Virus record (IMG/VR): IMGVR_UViG_3300033177_000056
DNA from: a virus
Direction: 5' to 3' (one strand)
DNA length: 14,462 bases
Both the position numbers and the translations under genes were made by a program. The notes beneath the pieces were generated by a model that made no database searches, had not been told where the DNA came from, and saw nothing but the letters and a program-made list of their open reading frames with translations. Below, in pieces: positions 6,376 through 14,151 of this stretch; the first letter of the stretch is position 1; the number at the start of each line of letters is the position of its first letter.

Positions 6376-7952
6376 GTTACCCATCCTACTAGATTGATAA
6401 TGGAGGACCCGTTGCCACCACGACTAAACGAAAACCGTTGTGATGCATTGGCTATAATGTACTGTTGATCGTTCGCGATCTGGGTTCCCCCGCGGTTGAT
6501 GTCGTGTGATGAACTCCCACCGTACTTACGGAGCCGCGTGGTGCCAGTCGATATGGTGAGCTTGTGAACTAAGATGATGGCAACAGCGCCTGCTGGGACG
6601 TTATTTGACACATCGACATCAACGAACGTGTTGCCAGCTCCGGACTGGGATCGGAACGTCACTGTGTCTCCGTTAGCCCAATTGTCTGCACTCGACACTG
6701 TAGTAACTGTATATGGCCCGGTCGCGACGTTTGTAGCAATGCGGAATGAATCCCGGGTGGAGTTGTAAACGAGAACCCTGCATGTGCCCTCGGGCATAAC
6801 TCCGGCTCCAGCCAACACGAAGCTCGTAGAGGTAGGATTACCGCTGATCGTAGTAGACAACACGTCGCTCGACGATCCAGCGATATACAGCACCTGAACT
6901 GGAGTTGCCAGGAGCTCCATGCCTCCACTGCCGGACGGTATATCACTGATCCGCATCCTGTAGTAGTCGCCGTCCCTGGCTACAAGAATGTAATCTCCGT
7001 CGTCGTAACCAGTGGTCCCAAGCCACCACATGTCATCGTCGTCTGCAGAACCAGTGGGTCCGGTGGGGCCGCTAGGCCCGGTCGGCCCGGGAACCGTGGA
7101 CGCGGCACCAGTCGGTCCTGTCGGTCCTGTCGGACCCGGTACGGTGGACCCAGCTCCGGTTGGCCCGGTGGGGCCAGACGGTCCAGTTGGTCCCTGACCG
7201 CCGATCGACGACATGAGTTGCCACCATTCGGCATCAGGCGGTTCCTTGTTTAGACAGTTGTCTTTGATACAAACGTAACTTGAACCACCACGGTTGACAG
7301 AGTCCTTCTTGTTATAGGTGGTACCACTGTCCCATGCGCCTAGGAACTCCAGGGCCCCTGCTTCGCCCTGAGCTCCGGTGGGGCCGGTCTTGCCGGTAGG
7401 CCCAGTTGGGCCAGTCACGGTAGAGTCAGCTCCAGTGGGTCCTGTTGCTCCTGCAGCGCCTGCAGCTCCGGTTGGGCCAGCGGGACCCGCCACGAGAGGA
7501 AGCTGACTAACCTGTGCCCTGAAGTAATCCCCGCCCCCATACCCGTGGATCCAGTCGTCAACAGATATGTCGCCGATCAGAACGTCTGCATCCATGAACG
7601 CCCCGCCACCGCCCCCTCCGGCAGGACCGGTAGCACCGGCTGGGCCGGTAGCACCTGTGGGACCTGTAGGGCCACCACCAAGTAGAGACGCTACTTGTGA
7701 CAAAGTGGCGGATCCGTAATACTTGGTCGAACCAATGTAGAATCCAACAAGAATCTTGTCGGTGGAATCAAGGGGCGCCACTGGGTCCAGGGTGAGGAAG
7801 TCGTCGTCGGGAGCACCACCCCCCCCAGCACCAGCTGGCCCGGTGGGTCCGGTCGATCCTGTCGGTCCCGATGGTCCGGTAGGTCCGGTGCGACCCCACG
7901 AGTCGTCGGTATGCCACTCGTTGCCATGTTGCCCGGGAAGGTCAGTCATCAT
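6372..7952 (-). CDS. Multi-domain collagen-like fibre protein (526 aa from ATG 7952): four G-X-Y segments, a CBM5/12-like module and a C-terminal beta-rich domain
   Basis: GPTGPxG runs lie at nt 7815-7892, 7602-7676, 7356-7490 and 7050-7202. The segment [38 protein letters not shown] (about 7212-7343) resembles a CBM5/12 chitin/carbohydrate-binding motif. There is an ATGA overlap at 7952-7949. Confidence 0.8.
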   Translation of the reverse strand: MMTDLPGQHGNEWHTDDSWGRTGPTGPSGPTGSTGPTGPAGAGGGGAPDDDFLTLDPVAPLDSTDKILVGFYIGSTKYYGSATLSQVASLLGGGPTGPTGATGPAGATGPAGGGGGGAFMDADVLIGDISVDDWIHGYGGGDYFRAQVSQLPLVAGPAGPTGAAGAAGATGPTGADSTVTGPTGPTGKTGPTGAQGEAGALEFLGAWDSGTTYNKKDSVNRGGSSYVCIKDNCLNKEPPDAEWWQLMSSIGGQGPTGPSGPTGPTGAGSTVPGPTGPTGPTGAASTVPGPTGPSGPTGPTGSADDDDMWWLGTTGYDDGDYILVARDGDYYRMRISDIPSGSGGMELLATPVQVLYIAGSSSDVLSTTISGNPTSTSFVLAGAGVMPEGTCRVLVYNSTRDSFRIATNVATGPYTVTTVSSADNWANGDTVTFRSQSGAGNTFVDVDVSNNVPAGAVAIILVHKLTISTGTTRLRKYGGSSSHDINRGGTQIANDQQYIIANASQRFSFSRGGNGSSIINLVGWVT

Positions 7953-8974
7953 CCACCCCATATACCGCCCCAGCTACTGGCGGCTCCGATTTCCTCTTCT
8001 GACCCGAACGTACCCCATGCAGGTTCGTCTGCTATATATTTACGAGCGATGACCCAGAACACGTCTTCGGTGAACTGGGGGTAAGAACCGTACTTGGAGA
8101 ACTGGAACCCGAGCTTGTCGGCTCCTGACGCAGTGACGCCATTTATGGGTTTGAAACTCTCTGATACAAGTTCGATAGTGTAGTCGTTGCCGACCTTGGT
8201 TATACGATAGATGCCGGGGTACCAGGCGGCACTCTTGGATGTCGTGTACGCGAAGAATTCGTGTCCTGTATCGGACTTGGTAGACCCGGCCCATACGTAT
8301 GAGTAAGGGGAGCCATACGTAAGGTGGCTGGCCGACCCATGACCGTCGTCCGCCATCGATGCTACCAGACACTTCTCATTGCTGTCGTGGATAACCATGC
8401 CGGCGAGGCCCATCCCATGGGAACTTCCCGACCCGCCTGGGTGATATATAGACATGCTGTACTCGATGATTACGTTGGTGGGGATCGTCCATTTAGCAGT
8501 TAGCTGGTATGCGCCTTGGCCGGAGTTGCTGGGCCAATCACCCGGGTGACCAGTAACCCGGAGCTTACCACCACTTACAGACGACGTTAAATTATTGTTC
8601 TCCCACTTGTCTCCATCGAGGCTGGTCCCGGGGAAGTAATCGGCAAACTCGAACGTGTCGTCTGGATCAGACACATCGGTTGCTTCCGCGTCCCCGTAGT
8701 AAATATAATAATCCATCGCAGACGTAGCAACGTCTAGTCTGATCCAGAAACGCTGATATGTTGAATCACCGTATTCGGGGTCGCGTGCAAATGAAAGAGA
8801 GGTGCCAACCGAGTCCTTAAACAAGATGTCGTCTGGGAAACTCTCGCACTTGTCAGCAAGATGGACTTTTGTAGCAGTGTCGGTGCCGGTGCCTTTGTAG
8901 ACGTCGATCCACTTCTGGTACCCAGCTTGAGCAGCGTCTGCAGCTCCCAGCGGAAGTTTACGACGGTACTTCAT
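7949..8974 (-). CDS. DUF2341-like plus concanavalin-A/LamG-like domain protein (341 aa from ATG 8974); probable receptor-binding or virion-surface protein
   Basis: [20 protein letters not shown] resembles the DUF2341 signature (..YYGN..). It is followed by [16 protein letters not shown]....GGKLRV, typical of LamG/ConA-like jelly-rolls. There is an ATGA overlap at 8974-8971. It sits between the two fibre genes. Confidence 0.55.
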   Translation of the reverse strand: MKYRRKLPLGAADAAQAGYQKWIDVYKGTGTDTATKVHLADKCESFPDDILFKDSVGTSLSFARDPEYGDSTYQRFWIRLDVATSAMDYYIYYGDAEATDVSDPDDTFEFADYFPGTSLDGDKWENNNLTSSVSGGKLRVTGHPGDWPSNSGQGAYQLTAKWTIPTNVIIEYSMSIYHPGGSGSSHGMGLAGMVIHDSNEKCLVASMADDGHGSASHLTYGSPYSYVWAGSTKSDTGHEFFAYTTSKSAAWYPGIYRITKVGNDYTIELVSESFKPINGVTASGADKLGFQFSKYGSYPQFTEDVFWVIARKYIADEPAWGTFGSEEEIGAASSWGGIWGG

Positions 8975-9717
8975 AGGAACGCCTTCCACTTATAGGGGTA
9001 ATCATCCGATGCCTTGATGTATACATTGGTAGCATCAGCACGAACCGTCACTGTACAATCATCGTCCTCGTCATCTCCGAGGGGGATGACTGCGACAAAC
9101 GGGGTGCCATTGAGCCCGTGAGCGATGGTCTGGAGGCTACCGGTGCCTTCAGACGTTCCGCCGGTAGCAGCAGAAAAGATCTCTGCTCCAGTCGGTCCTC
9201 GATCTCCAGTTGGTCCAGTTGGTCCAGTCGGTCCAGCCACGGTTGAATCGGCGCCAGTTGGTCCTCGATCTCCAGTTGGTCCTGTCATACCAGCTGGTCC
9301 GGTCGGTCCGGTCGGCCCCGTAGCCCCTCCCCCGCCAGCTCCGCCTGCCTGCATGACGAACTTGGTTCCGTCGTACACAAGGGCATCACCGACCTCCGGA
9401 GATGCAGTGGATACGGGGATCCCGGCGATCGACCGAACTCCATAGGGTTCATCGAGGGGGACGAGCGTATGCCACTCGTCACCCTCATACCAGTAGATCT
9501 CCCTGGCTTCCTTGTCGATCACTATGTTACCGGGTACCGGGTCTGCCGGCTTAGCTCCAACGATCGGGCGAAGAGGAGAGTCCGGGTCAAAGAATCCAGC
9601 TTGACGAACGCGCTCGACCGCCTCGTCGAAAGTTGGGGAAACCCGCCCGTGGAGCTCCGCGTAAGTGAGCGGCCTCTGAATCAAATTACGAAGGAGAATA
9701 TCTTCTGTAGTTACCAT
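8971..9717 (-). CDS. Collagen-like fibre protein (248 aa)
   Basis: [54 protein letters not shown] (nt 9187-9345) is flanked by globular N- and C-terminal domains. GGAGG lies 7 nt upstream of the ATG. Confidence 0.8.
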   Translation of the reverse strand: MVTTEDILLRNLIQRPLTYAELHGRVSPTFDEAVERVRQAGFFDPDSPLRPIVGAKPADPVPGNIVIDKEAREIYWYEGDEWHTLVPLDEPYGVRSIAGIPVSTASPEVGDALVYDGTKFVMQAGGAGGGGATGPTGPTGPAGMTGPTGDRGPTGADSTVAGPTGPTGPTGDRGPTGAEIFSAATGGTSEGTGSLQTIAHGLNGTPFVAVIPLGDDEDDDCTVTVRADATNVYIKASDDYPYKWKAFL

Positions 9718-10738
9718 CCAATGCCTCCATCAATCTCTCCAGCATATTGGCACAACTATACCTGGATGCGTTTATAGACCCCTTTTCGACTATATCAGGG
9801 GGGGTTTCCAGGGCTAAAAGTACCTTATCGTGAATCTGCTTGTGGTCGAACGGATTGACCGTTAGCTCAGGGTAGCAGACACGGGCGGCCTCACAAGTAA
9901 CCGATGCGACCGTCGGGACGCCAAGCGCCGCAGCATCAACGACGCCTCGGCCGTAAGTGTAGTCTGGAGTTAGATCGAGGTTGATGGTAGCGCGAGACAA
10001 CAACGTTTCAATATACTGTTGATAATCGTGAGTAGGTACCACCCGATCAAACAGGGTCTCAAGATCTATTGTAGGAGGAATCTTGCCCGATACTCCGACG
10101 AGGAACCGCTTTAGTTTGATCGGGTGTAAACTGTAATAATAAGCTGACCACGTTGCGTGGTAGCGATGATACTGACACGTGGCCAGAGGCGGGTCAAACT
10201 TGGTCGCCCGCTTGCGGACAATCTCCAGGGCCTGTGTGTCGACTGGGTGAGGAATATGAAAAACCTTTCGATTGAGGTACCGCTCTAGCATGAAGGCACC
10301 GTACTCTTCGACATGGAATACGAGATCGGCGAGATCTAATTGTCGCTTCATCGTACGGGGTTCGATCGTCTCCCACATGCTGAGTGCATAGTCGATGTTT
10401 GCGATAATCTTGGTATCACTGTTACCGAGCGCCGAGCGAACGGCCTCGATGTAATGGGGATGGCCTGGAGTGTAGTTCACGTGGATGATGTCGTACTGCT
10501 CCAGGTAATCCCGTTCCAATGTGCAATACTCTTCTCCGACATGACCTGCTTTCCGGAAAGCGGTGAGCCATGACCTTATCCCAGACTGTATCAGCGGACC
10601 ACGGTAGATGGTGGGAATTGCATGGCAGCATATAGGAAGGGATGAATCGCTGTCCACCGAGATCACTTTTCTGCAGCTGGGACAGTACGCCTCATACTTA
10701 TCCGGAGTAAGGGGGCCGGAGAAGAGTAGATACTTCAT
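9686..10738 (-). CDS. GT-B fold glycosyltransferase (GT1/GT4-like), 350 aa from ATG 10738, with an N-terminal Cys-rich insert
   Basis: MKYLLFSG (Rossmann start), [35 protein letters not shown] and [30 protein letters not shown] follow the canonical GT4 pattern (..E.fG...lEAma.G.PVvas). The insert is [21 protein letters not shown]. There is an ATGA overlap at 10738-10735; the ORF-track start at 10843 lies inside the upstream gene. Confidence 0.6.
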   Translation of the reverse strand: MKYLLFSGPLTPDKYEAYCPSCRKVISVDSDSSLPICCHAIPTIYRGPLIQSGIRSWLTAFRKAGHVGEEYCTLERDYLEQYDIIHVNYTPGHPHYIEAVRSALGNSDTKIIANIDYALSMWETIEPRTMKRQLDLADLVFHVEEYGAFMLERYLNRKVFHIPHPVDTQALEIVRKRATKFDPPLATCQYHRYHATWSAYYYSLHPIKLKRFLVGVSGKIPPTIDLETLFDRVVPTHDYQQYIETLLSRATINLDLTPDYTYGRGVVDAAALGVPTVASVTCEAARVCYPELTVNPFDHKQIHDKVLLALETPPDIVEKGSINASRYSCANMLERLMEALDGNYRRYSPS

Positions 10739-11151
10739 CTGCTCTTGAACCCCATTACGCTTCCAGCGATCAGATAGTTGGACGAGTGCCCATGGGCGAT
10801 ATCCACTTCTATGGTGCCCTTCTTGTCGGCATCCTTCACCCACTTGAACCGCGCAGTCTCGAGCGGACCGAGAACTACTACGGATGCGTAGGTGGACAGG
10901 TCGCCGGTCGGCCGGCGCCAGGTGTAATCTCCAAGTCCAGACCTGGGTCCATCACCCGCTTTGACGGTGATACCATCGCTGGTGGAAGCCCCAGTAAGAT
11001 CGAACCGGAGCCAGAGGGCATCGTCGACATCACCAGACTCGATGACGAGACCGCTGGTGCTGGTGAACGTCTTTGGTGCAGCTATCTCATAGCCCATCTC
11101 GGGATCAGCAGCATACCCAAGATCAACGAAGGGGATCGGTGCTCTTGCCAT
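10735..11151 (-). CDS. Hypothetical beta-rich protein directly after the capsid gene (138 aa); possible capsid decoration or accessory protein
   Basis: The ATG is 1 nt after the MCP stop, with AGGTGA upstream. I recognise no motif; the suggested function rests on position only. Confidence 0.35.
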   Translation of the reverse strand: MARAPIPFVDLGYAADPEMGYEIAAPKTFTSTSGLVIESGDVDDALWLRFDLTGASTSDGITVKAGDGPRSGLGDYTWRRPTGDLSTYASVVVLGPLETARFKWVKDADKKGTIEVDIAHGHSSNYLIAGSVMGFKSR

Positions 11152-11152
11152 T

Positions 11153-12055
11153 TTAACTCACCTTCCTGCAGATCAGCATGGCAAGGGCATCCGGCCTGGC
11201 GACCTTGGCACCATACACATGGAGTCCCTTGACAGCATCTGCAAATCTCTTCTGAGGTCTATATGCCTCAACCTTGTTAACGCTGTCCGCGAAAGTCGTA
11301 GCAATTGGGGTGCCCGCTATTACATACGTCTGGGTCTTGGCCGACTCTCCGCCGGTCCCTGCACCGGTCGGGACGTTGTTACTTTCGAGAATATCGAAGC
11401 CAGCAGCACGCTTAACGAGACCGTTGAGCAGTGCATCCGTAGACGTGCTAGCAGCAGCATCGGAGAACCTCGGGTCACCAGACAGGCGCTCAACGAACCA
11501 GGGAGGTACAATAGCCCACCGACCCTGCTTGGGAACGTTGGCCTCAGACAGAACGGTACCAAGCTCCAGGAGATAATCCCATGCGGTGAGCTTCGTGCCG
11601 GCTTCGTCGGGCCGGAGATCCGGGACCTTAGCCGCGGCGGTCGTTCCGATAACGTTGCCAGCAGGCACGCTCGCCTTCATTATGCCAGCGATGTACTGGT
11701 CAGCAACGTCTGCAAGGTTATACGCGGACTGTTGCATAGCTCCGTTCATTAGGGTCGGTGCAGTCTGTGCCTGGTCGATATCATCGACAGCGAAGTTGAA
11801 GTATTTAGCCTGGGTGATCGAGAGCACACTCTGGGAGTCCTCGAGGGCCTCGGGGTCGGTTATGTCAGCGTCCTTGGTATAGTCACCGATGGTGATATCA
11901 CCGACAGACGTGATCTTAACCGTGCTGCCCTTGCCCTTGATCTCCCCCTCGTAGTCCCGATTGATCACGTTAGGCTGGCCGTACACGAGCGCCTTGTTGA
12001 GATTCTCAAGAAGTCTTGCGCTCCAGATGGTGGGAATGAATCCGTCAACTGCCAT
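11153..12055 (-). CDS. Major capsid protein, HK97 fold (P22-coat / N4-gp56-like family), 300 aa
   Basis: FIPTIWSARLLENLNKALVYGQPNVINRDYEGEIKGKGSTVKI and the C-terminal KGLHVYGAKVARPDALAML are characteristic of this capsid family. It directly follows the scaffold gene (TAA then ATG). Confidence 0.85.
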   Translation of the reverse strand: MAVDGFIPTIWSARLLENLNKALVYGQPNVINRDYEGEIKGKGSTVKITSVGDITIGDYTKDADITDPEALEDSQSVLSITQAKYFNFAVDDIDQAQTAPTLMNGAMQQSAYNLADVADQYIAGIMKASVPAGNVIGTTAAAKVPDLRPDEAGTKLTAWDYLLELGTVLSEANVPKQGRWAIVPPWFVERLSGDPRFSDAAASTSTDALLNGLVKRAAGFDILESNNVPTGAGTGGESAKTQTYVIAGTPIATTFADSVNKVEAYRPQKRFADAVKGLHVYGAKVARPDALAMLICRKVS

Positions 12056-12532
12056 TTATTTCACCGTACCTGCTTTCAACTGTGCAGATATATTTTCCCA
12101 ATCCGCGTTGACCTGTTCGGGTGTCATGGACTTTAGCTCCTGCGCGGTGTAGACGCGGGGCGGTGTGTTGGTAGTCCCTGGATTGGTGACTCCACCTACA
12201 GCGGTTTGCTTGACTCCTAAACTGGCCACCAGCTTGTCGGCACTGGCGGCCATCTCCTCCTTCGTTGATCCAACGACAAACTCGACCAACTCCGTGGGGA
12301 GTCCCTTGGCTGCGGCAATCTCTGCTCGCGTTCGCGTTACGGCAGACTGCGCCAACTCCCCCTCCAGCTTGGCGAGGGCGGCCCGCTCAGAAACAAGTTT
12401 CTCCTCCAGGTTAGTTATCCGCTTAAGAAGATCAGGGTCCATAGCGTTACGCGCTTCTCTGTCGCGAGCTAGACGTTCCTGAACTATGCGGTTAACATCT
12501 TCCTGTGTAAACTTCCTATCGTCTTCTGCCAT
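12056..12532 (-). CDS. Capsid scaffolding protein (DUF4355/GP20-like), 158 aa
   Basis: The FTQEDVNRIVQERLARDRE motif, coiled-coil character, C-terminal MTPEQVNADWENISAQL and its position between portal and MCP. Confidence 0.8.
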   Translation of the reverse strand: MAEDDRKFTQEDVNRIVQERLARDREARNAMDPDLLKRITNLEEKLVSERAALAKLEGELAQSAVTRTRAEIAAAKGLPTELVEFVVGSTKEEMAASADKLVASLGVKQTAVGGVTNPGTTNTPPRVYTAQELKSMTPEQVNADWENISAQLKAGTVK

Positions 12533-12586
12533 AATGCACCAACCTTAACGGCGGTTGTAACCTACACTGTATTATCGGGTTGAACA

Positions 12587-12600
12587 TATTTAAACTTTCG
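12587..12600 (-). promoter_or_regulatory. Archaeal-type BRE/TATA-like element: minus strand CGAAAG-TTTAAATA; putative promoter of the scaffold-capsid-fibre operon
   Basis: The minus strand reads ccGAAAGTTTAAATAtg, and the portal stop TAA lies within it. It is about 58 nt upstream of the scaffold ATG, which predicts a ~30-nt leader carrying GGTtGGTG. Confidence 0.5.
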
Positions 12601-14020
12601 GAACCAGGTCTGCCCTGGCCTGGCCCGCGTACTCAGACTGTTCTCGAGGGGGCTCGCCGATCTCCAGGGCTATGCGGACAAGCTCCGCCCTTGCCTCGGC
12701 CTCGGTGCATTCGTCAAGCCGCCGTATGGCACTCTCCTTGCTGGTCAGCCCGGAGTTCTTCCTGGCCTGTTCTATACGGGCGTCCTCGAGCACGTCGCGG
12801 GGCAAACCGTCGTTGAACTTGATCTTGTCTATCTTAACCTCGATAGCTCCAGGTATCCTACCGATTACATCCAGTTTCGAAGCGGCTTGTAAAGCGCGGC
12901 GGAGTGGAGTCTCAAACGCCAGTCTGATCCGGTTGGTACGACTGATCGTCCTCACCAGCAGCCGGCGCCACGCGGATCCGGTAACCGCCTGACCGGTCGG
13001 GAACCGGCCGAGAGCAGCGGGAGATAAGTCAGTAACATGATACAACATGTCCGTAATAACCTCCATCTCCTTGAAACTCGACGTGAGCTTGCCGTCCCAC
13101 TCGATGTACTGGGGGGGCTGGGCATCTCCACGAAGAGGGATGTAGCGGCCGTGGATCGAAACCTTGCGGGTACCGTCGGTCGGGTTGGTTTCAATCATAC
13201 TGTCTGGACCGGCCATTATGGGGCGGCTATGGATGTCAAGCACGTTCATGATGCGGACCATCCTGGACTCCAACTCCTTGACCAGATTGGCCATCACTTC
13301 GAAATCGGAAGTGCCGTACACATCTCCGCGTCGTCTGGAGTTGATGGCATAAAACACCAACGGATAACCTATGGAGTGGTGCTGGATTGGCTGGACGCCA
13401 ACATACTTCACGCTCATGTCCAGAGGGACCTGGTGATCGATGGTGTTGCCGTTCATCCACCAGAGCTGGTGCTCGACCGAATCGTCCCTGTGGATCTCCA
13501 CCTTGAGCAGCCTCGCGTGAGCTCCGCCTATCTGCTCGGTGAACACCCAGGCCAGAACATGCGCCCTTATATTAGTGACGTCATCGGGATCCACGATAGG
13601 GAACCAGATGCTCGGGTCAACATACCCTATCCGACTACCGCCATTGAACGACACCGAGTAGACACACTCGCCGAACTTGCAGTAATCTCTCGCAAGGTTG
13701 TGAAGCTCCTGGTACAGGTTGCTCCGGTCAACGATAGCTCCAAGCCCGTCCGGGAGGATGGGAGCTTCGCCAAACATGTAGTCAGCATATATGTCCGCCT
13801 CGACATGGAACCAGTTGAAGTCCAGAACCTTCGGGGCGCCGAGGGACTGGAGCATCATGTCAGCACGTTCAAGGTCAGTCATGGACCAGAGCTCCGGCCA
13901 CAACTTCTGGTGATCACCGTCGTACATCATCTGGTATTTCTCGTACCGCCTGAGCCGATCGTTCTCCTCGGGAGGGGGGAACTGCTTGGTCGGGGCTAGC
14001 CAGGACAGATCTGTCAGCAT
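12590..14020 (-). CDS. Portal protein (476 aa)
   Basis: Its size, its position between terL and the scaffold, and the N-terminal PPPEENDRLRRYEKYQMMYDGDH resemble SPP1-gp6-type portals. Confidence 0.8.
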   Translation of the reverse strand: MLTDLSWLAPTKQFPPPEENDRLRRYEKYQMMYDGDHQKLWPELWSMTDLERADMMLQSLGAPKVLDFNWFHVEADIYADYMFGEAPILPDGLGAIVDRSNLYQELHNLARDYCKFGECVYSVSFNGGSRIGYVDPSIWFPIVDPDDVTNIRAHVLAWVFTEQIGGAHARLLKVEIHRDDSVEHQLWWMNGNTIDHQVPLDMSVKYVGVQPIQHHSIGYPLVFYAINSRRRGDVYGTSDFEVMANLVKELESRMVRIMNVLDIHSRPIMAGPDSMIETNPTDGTRKVSIHGRYIPLRGDAQPPQYIEWDGKLTSSFKEMEVITDMLYHVTDLSPAALGRFPTGQAVTGSAWRRLLVRTISRTNRIRLAFETPLRRALQAASKLDVIGRIPGAIEVKIDKIKFNDGLPRDVLEDARIEQARKNSGLTSKESAIRRLDECTEAEARAELVRIALEIGEPPREQSEYAGQARADLVPKV

Positions 14021-14043
14021 ACTGGTTATTATACCTCTGATGG

Positions 14044-14050
14044 TATTTAA
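14044..14050 (-). promoter_or_regulatory. TATA-like box (minus strand TTAAATA) centred 27 nt upstream of the portal ATG
   Basis: The geometry matches the RHH gene: TATA centre at 14047, ATG at 14020, and no correctly spaced SD. A bacterial-looking TATAAT (14033-14028) is also present, so the reading is ambiguous. Confidence 0.4.
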
Positions 14051-14065
14051 GGCCGCTTGGGTCGG

Positions 14066-14072
14066 AAAAAAA
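14066..14072 (-). terminator. T7 run (minus strand) after terL without a preceding hairpin; archaeal-style oligo-T terminator candidate
   Basis: The minus strand reads ccccaaaTTTTTTTccgacc, about 80 nt 3' of the terL stop. I could fold no stem-loop immediately upstream. Confidence 0.4.
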
Positions 14073-14075
14073 TTT

Positions 14076-14151
14076 GGGGTTATGTTGGTGTGTGTGGTGA
14101 TGGTGTGCGTGCTACCTACTTGTTATGCTGTGCCGTGTTGCGGTGTGTGCC
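14076..14151. other. Strand-asymmetric G+T-rich (plus strand) / C+A-rich (transcribed strand) low-complexity tract between terL and portal
   Basis: ggggttatgttggtgtgtgtggtgatggtgtgcgtgctacctacttgttatgctgtgccgtgttgcggtgtgtgc has 60 of 75 bases as G or T by my count. Confidence 0.6.

Noticed and set aside
10739-10843. Upstream-extended N-termini given by the ORF track (10843 for the GT; likewise 5638, 6384, 7961, 8989)
   Set aside because: Each extension lies wholly inside the preceding gene. In each case an in-frame ATG forms an ATGA stop-start overlap with the upstream stop, and the GT sequence from that ATG begins with a typical Rossmann MKYLLFSG. I therefore preferred the coupled starts.
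13037-13999. A 320-aa plus-strand ORF, the longest on the plus strand
   Set aside because: It is entirely antisense to the well-supported portal gene. Its L/V/R/H/D-rich composition is typical of shadow ORFs opposite a moderately GC-rich gene, and it has no motif or SD. The same reasoning applies to the other plus-strand ORFs (e.g. 2446-2910, 4407-4979, 5366-5839, 5858-6397, 11219-11752, 12165-12482).
14028-14033. A perfect bacterial -10 hexamer TATAAT (minus strand) ending 7 nt before the portal ATG
   Set aside because: It is not discarded as a possibility, but it is not adopted as the primary call. There is no acceptable -35 or TG extension, and the RHH first gene lacks any equivalent -10, whereas both genes share a TATA box at -27. 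It is kept as the main alternative (a bacterial leaderless promoter) to the archaeal interpretation.
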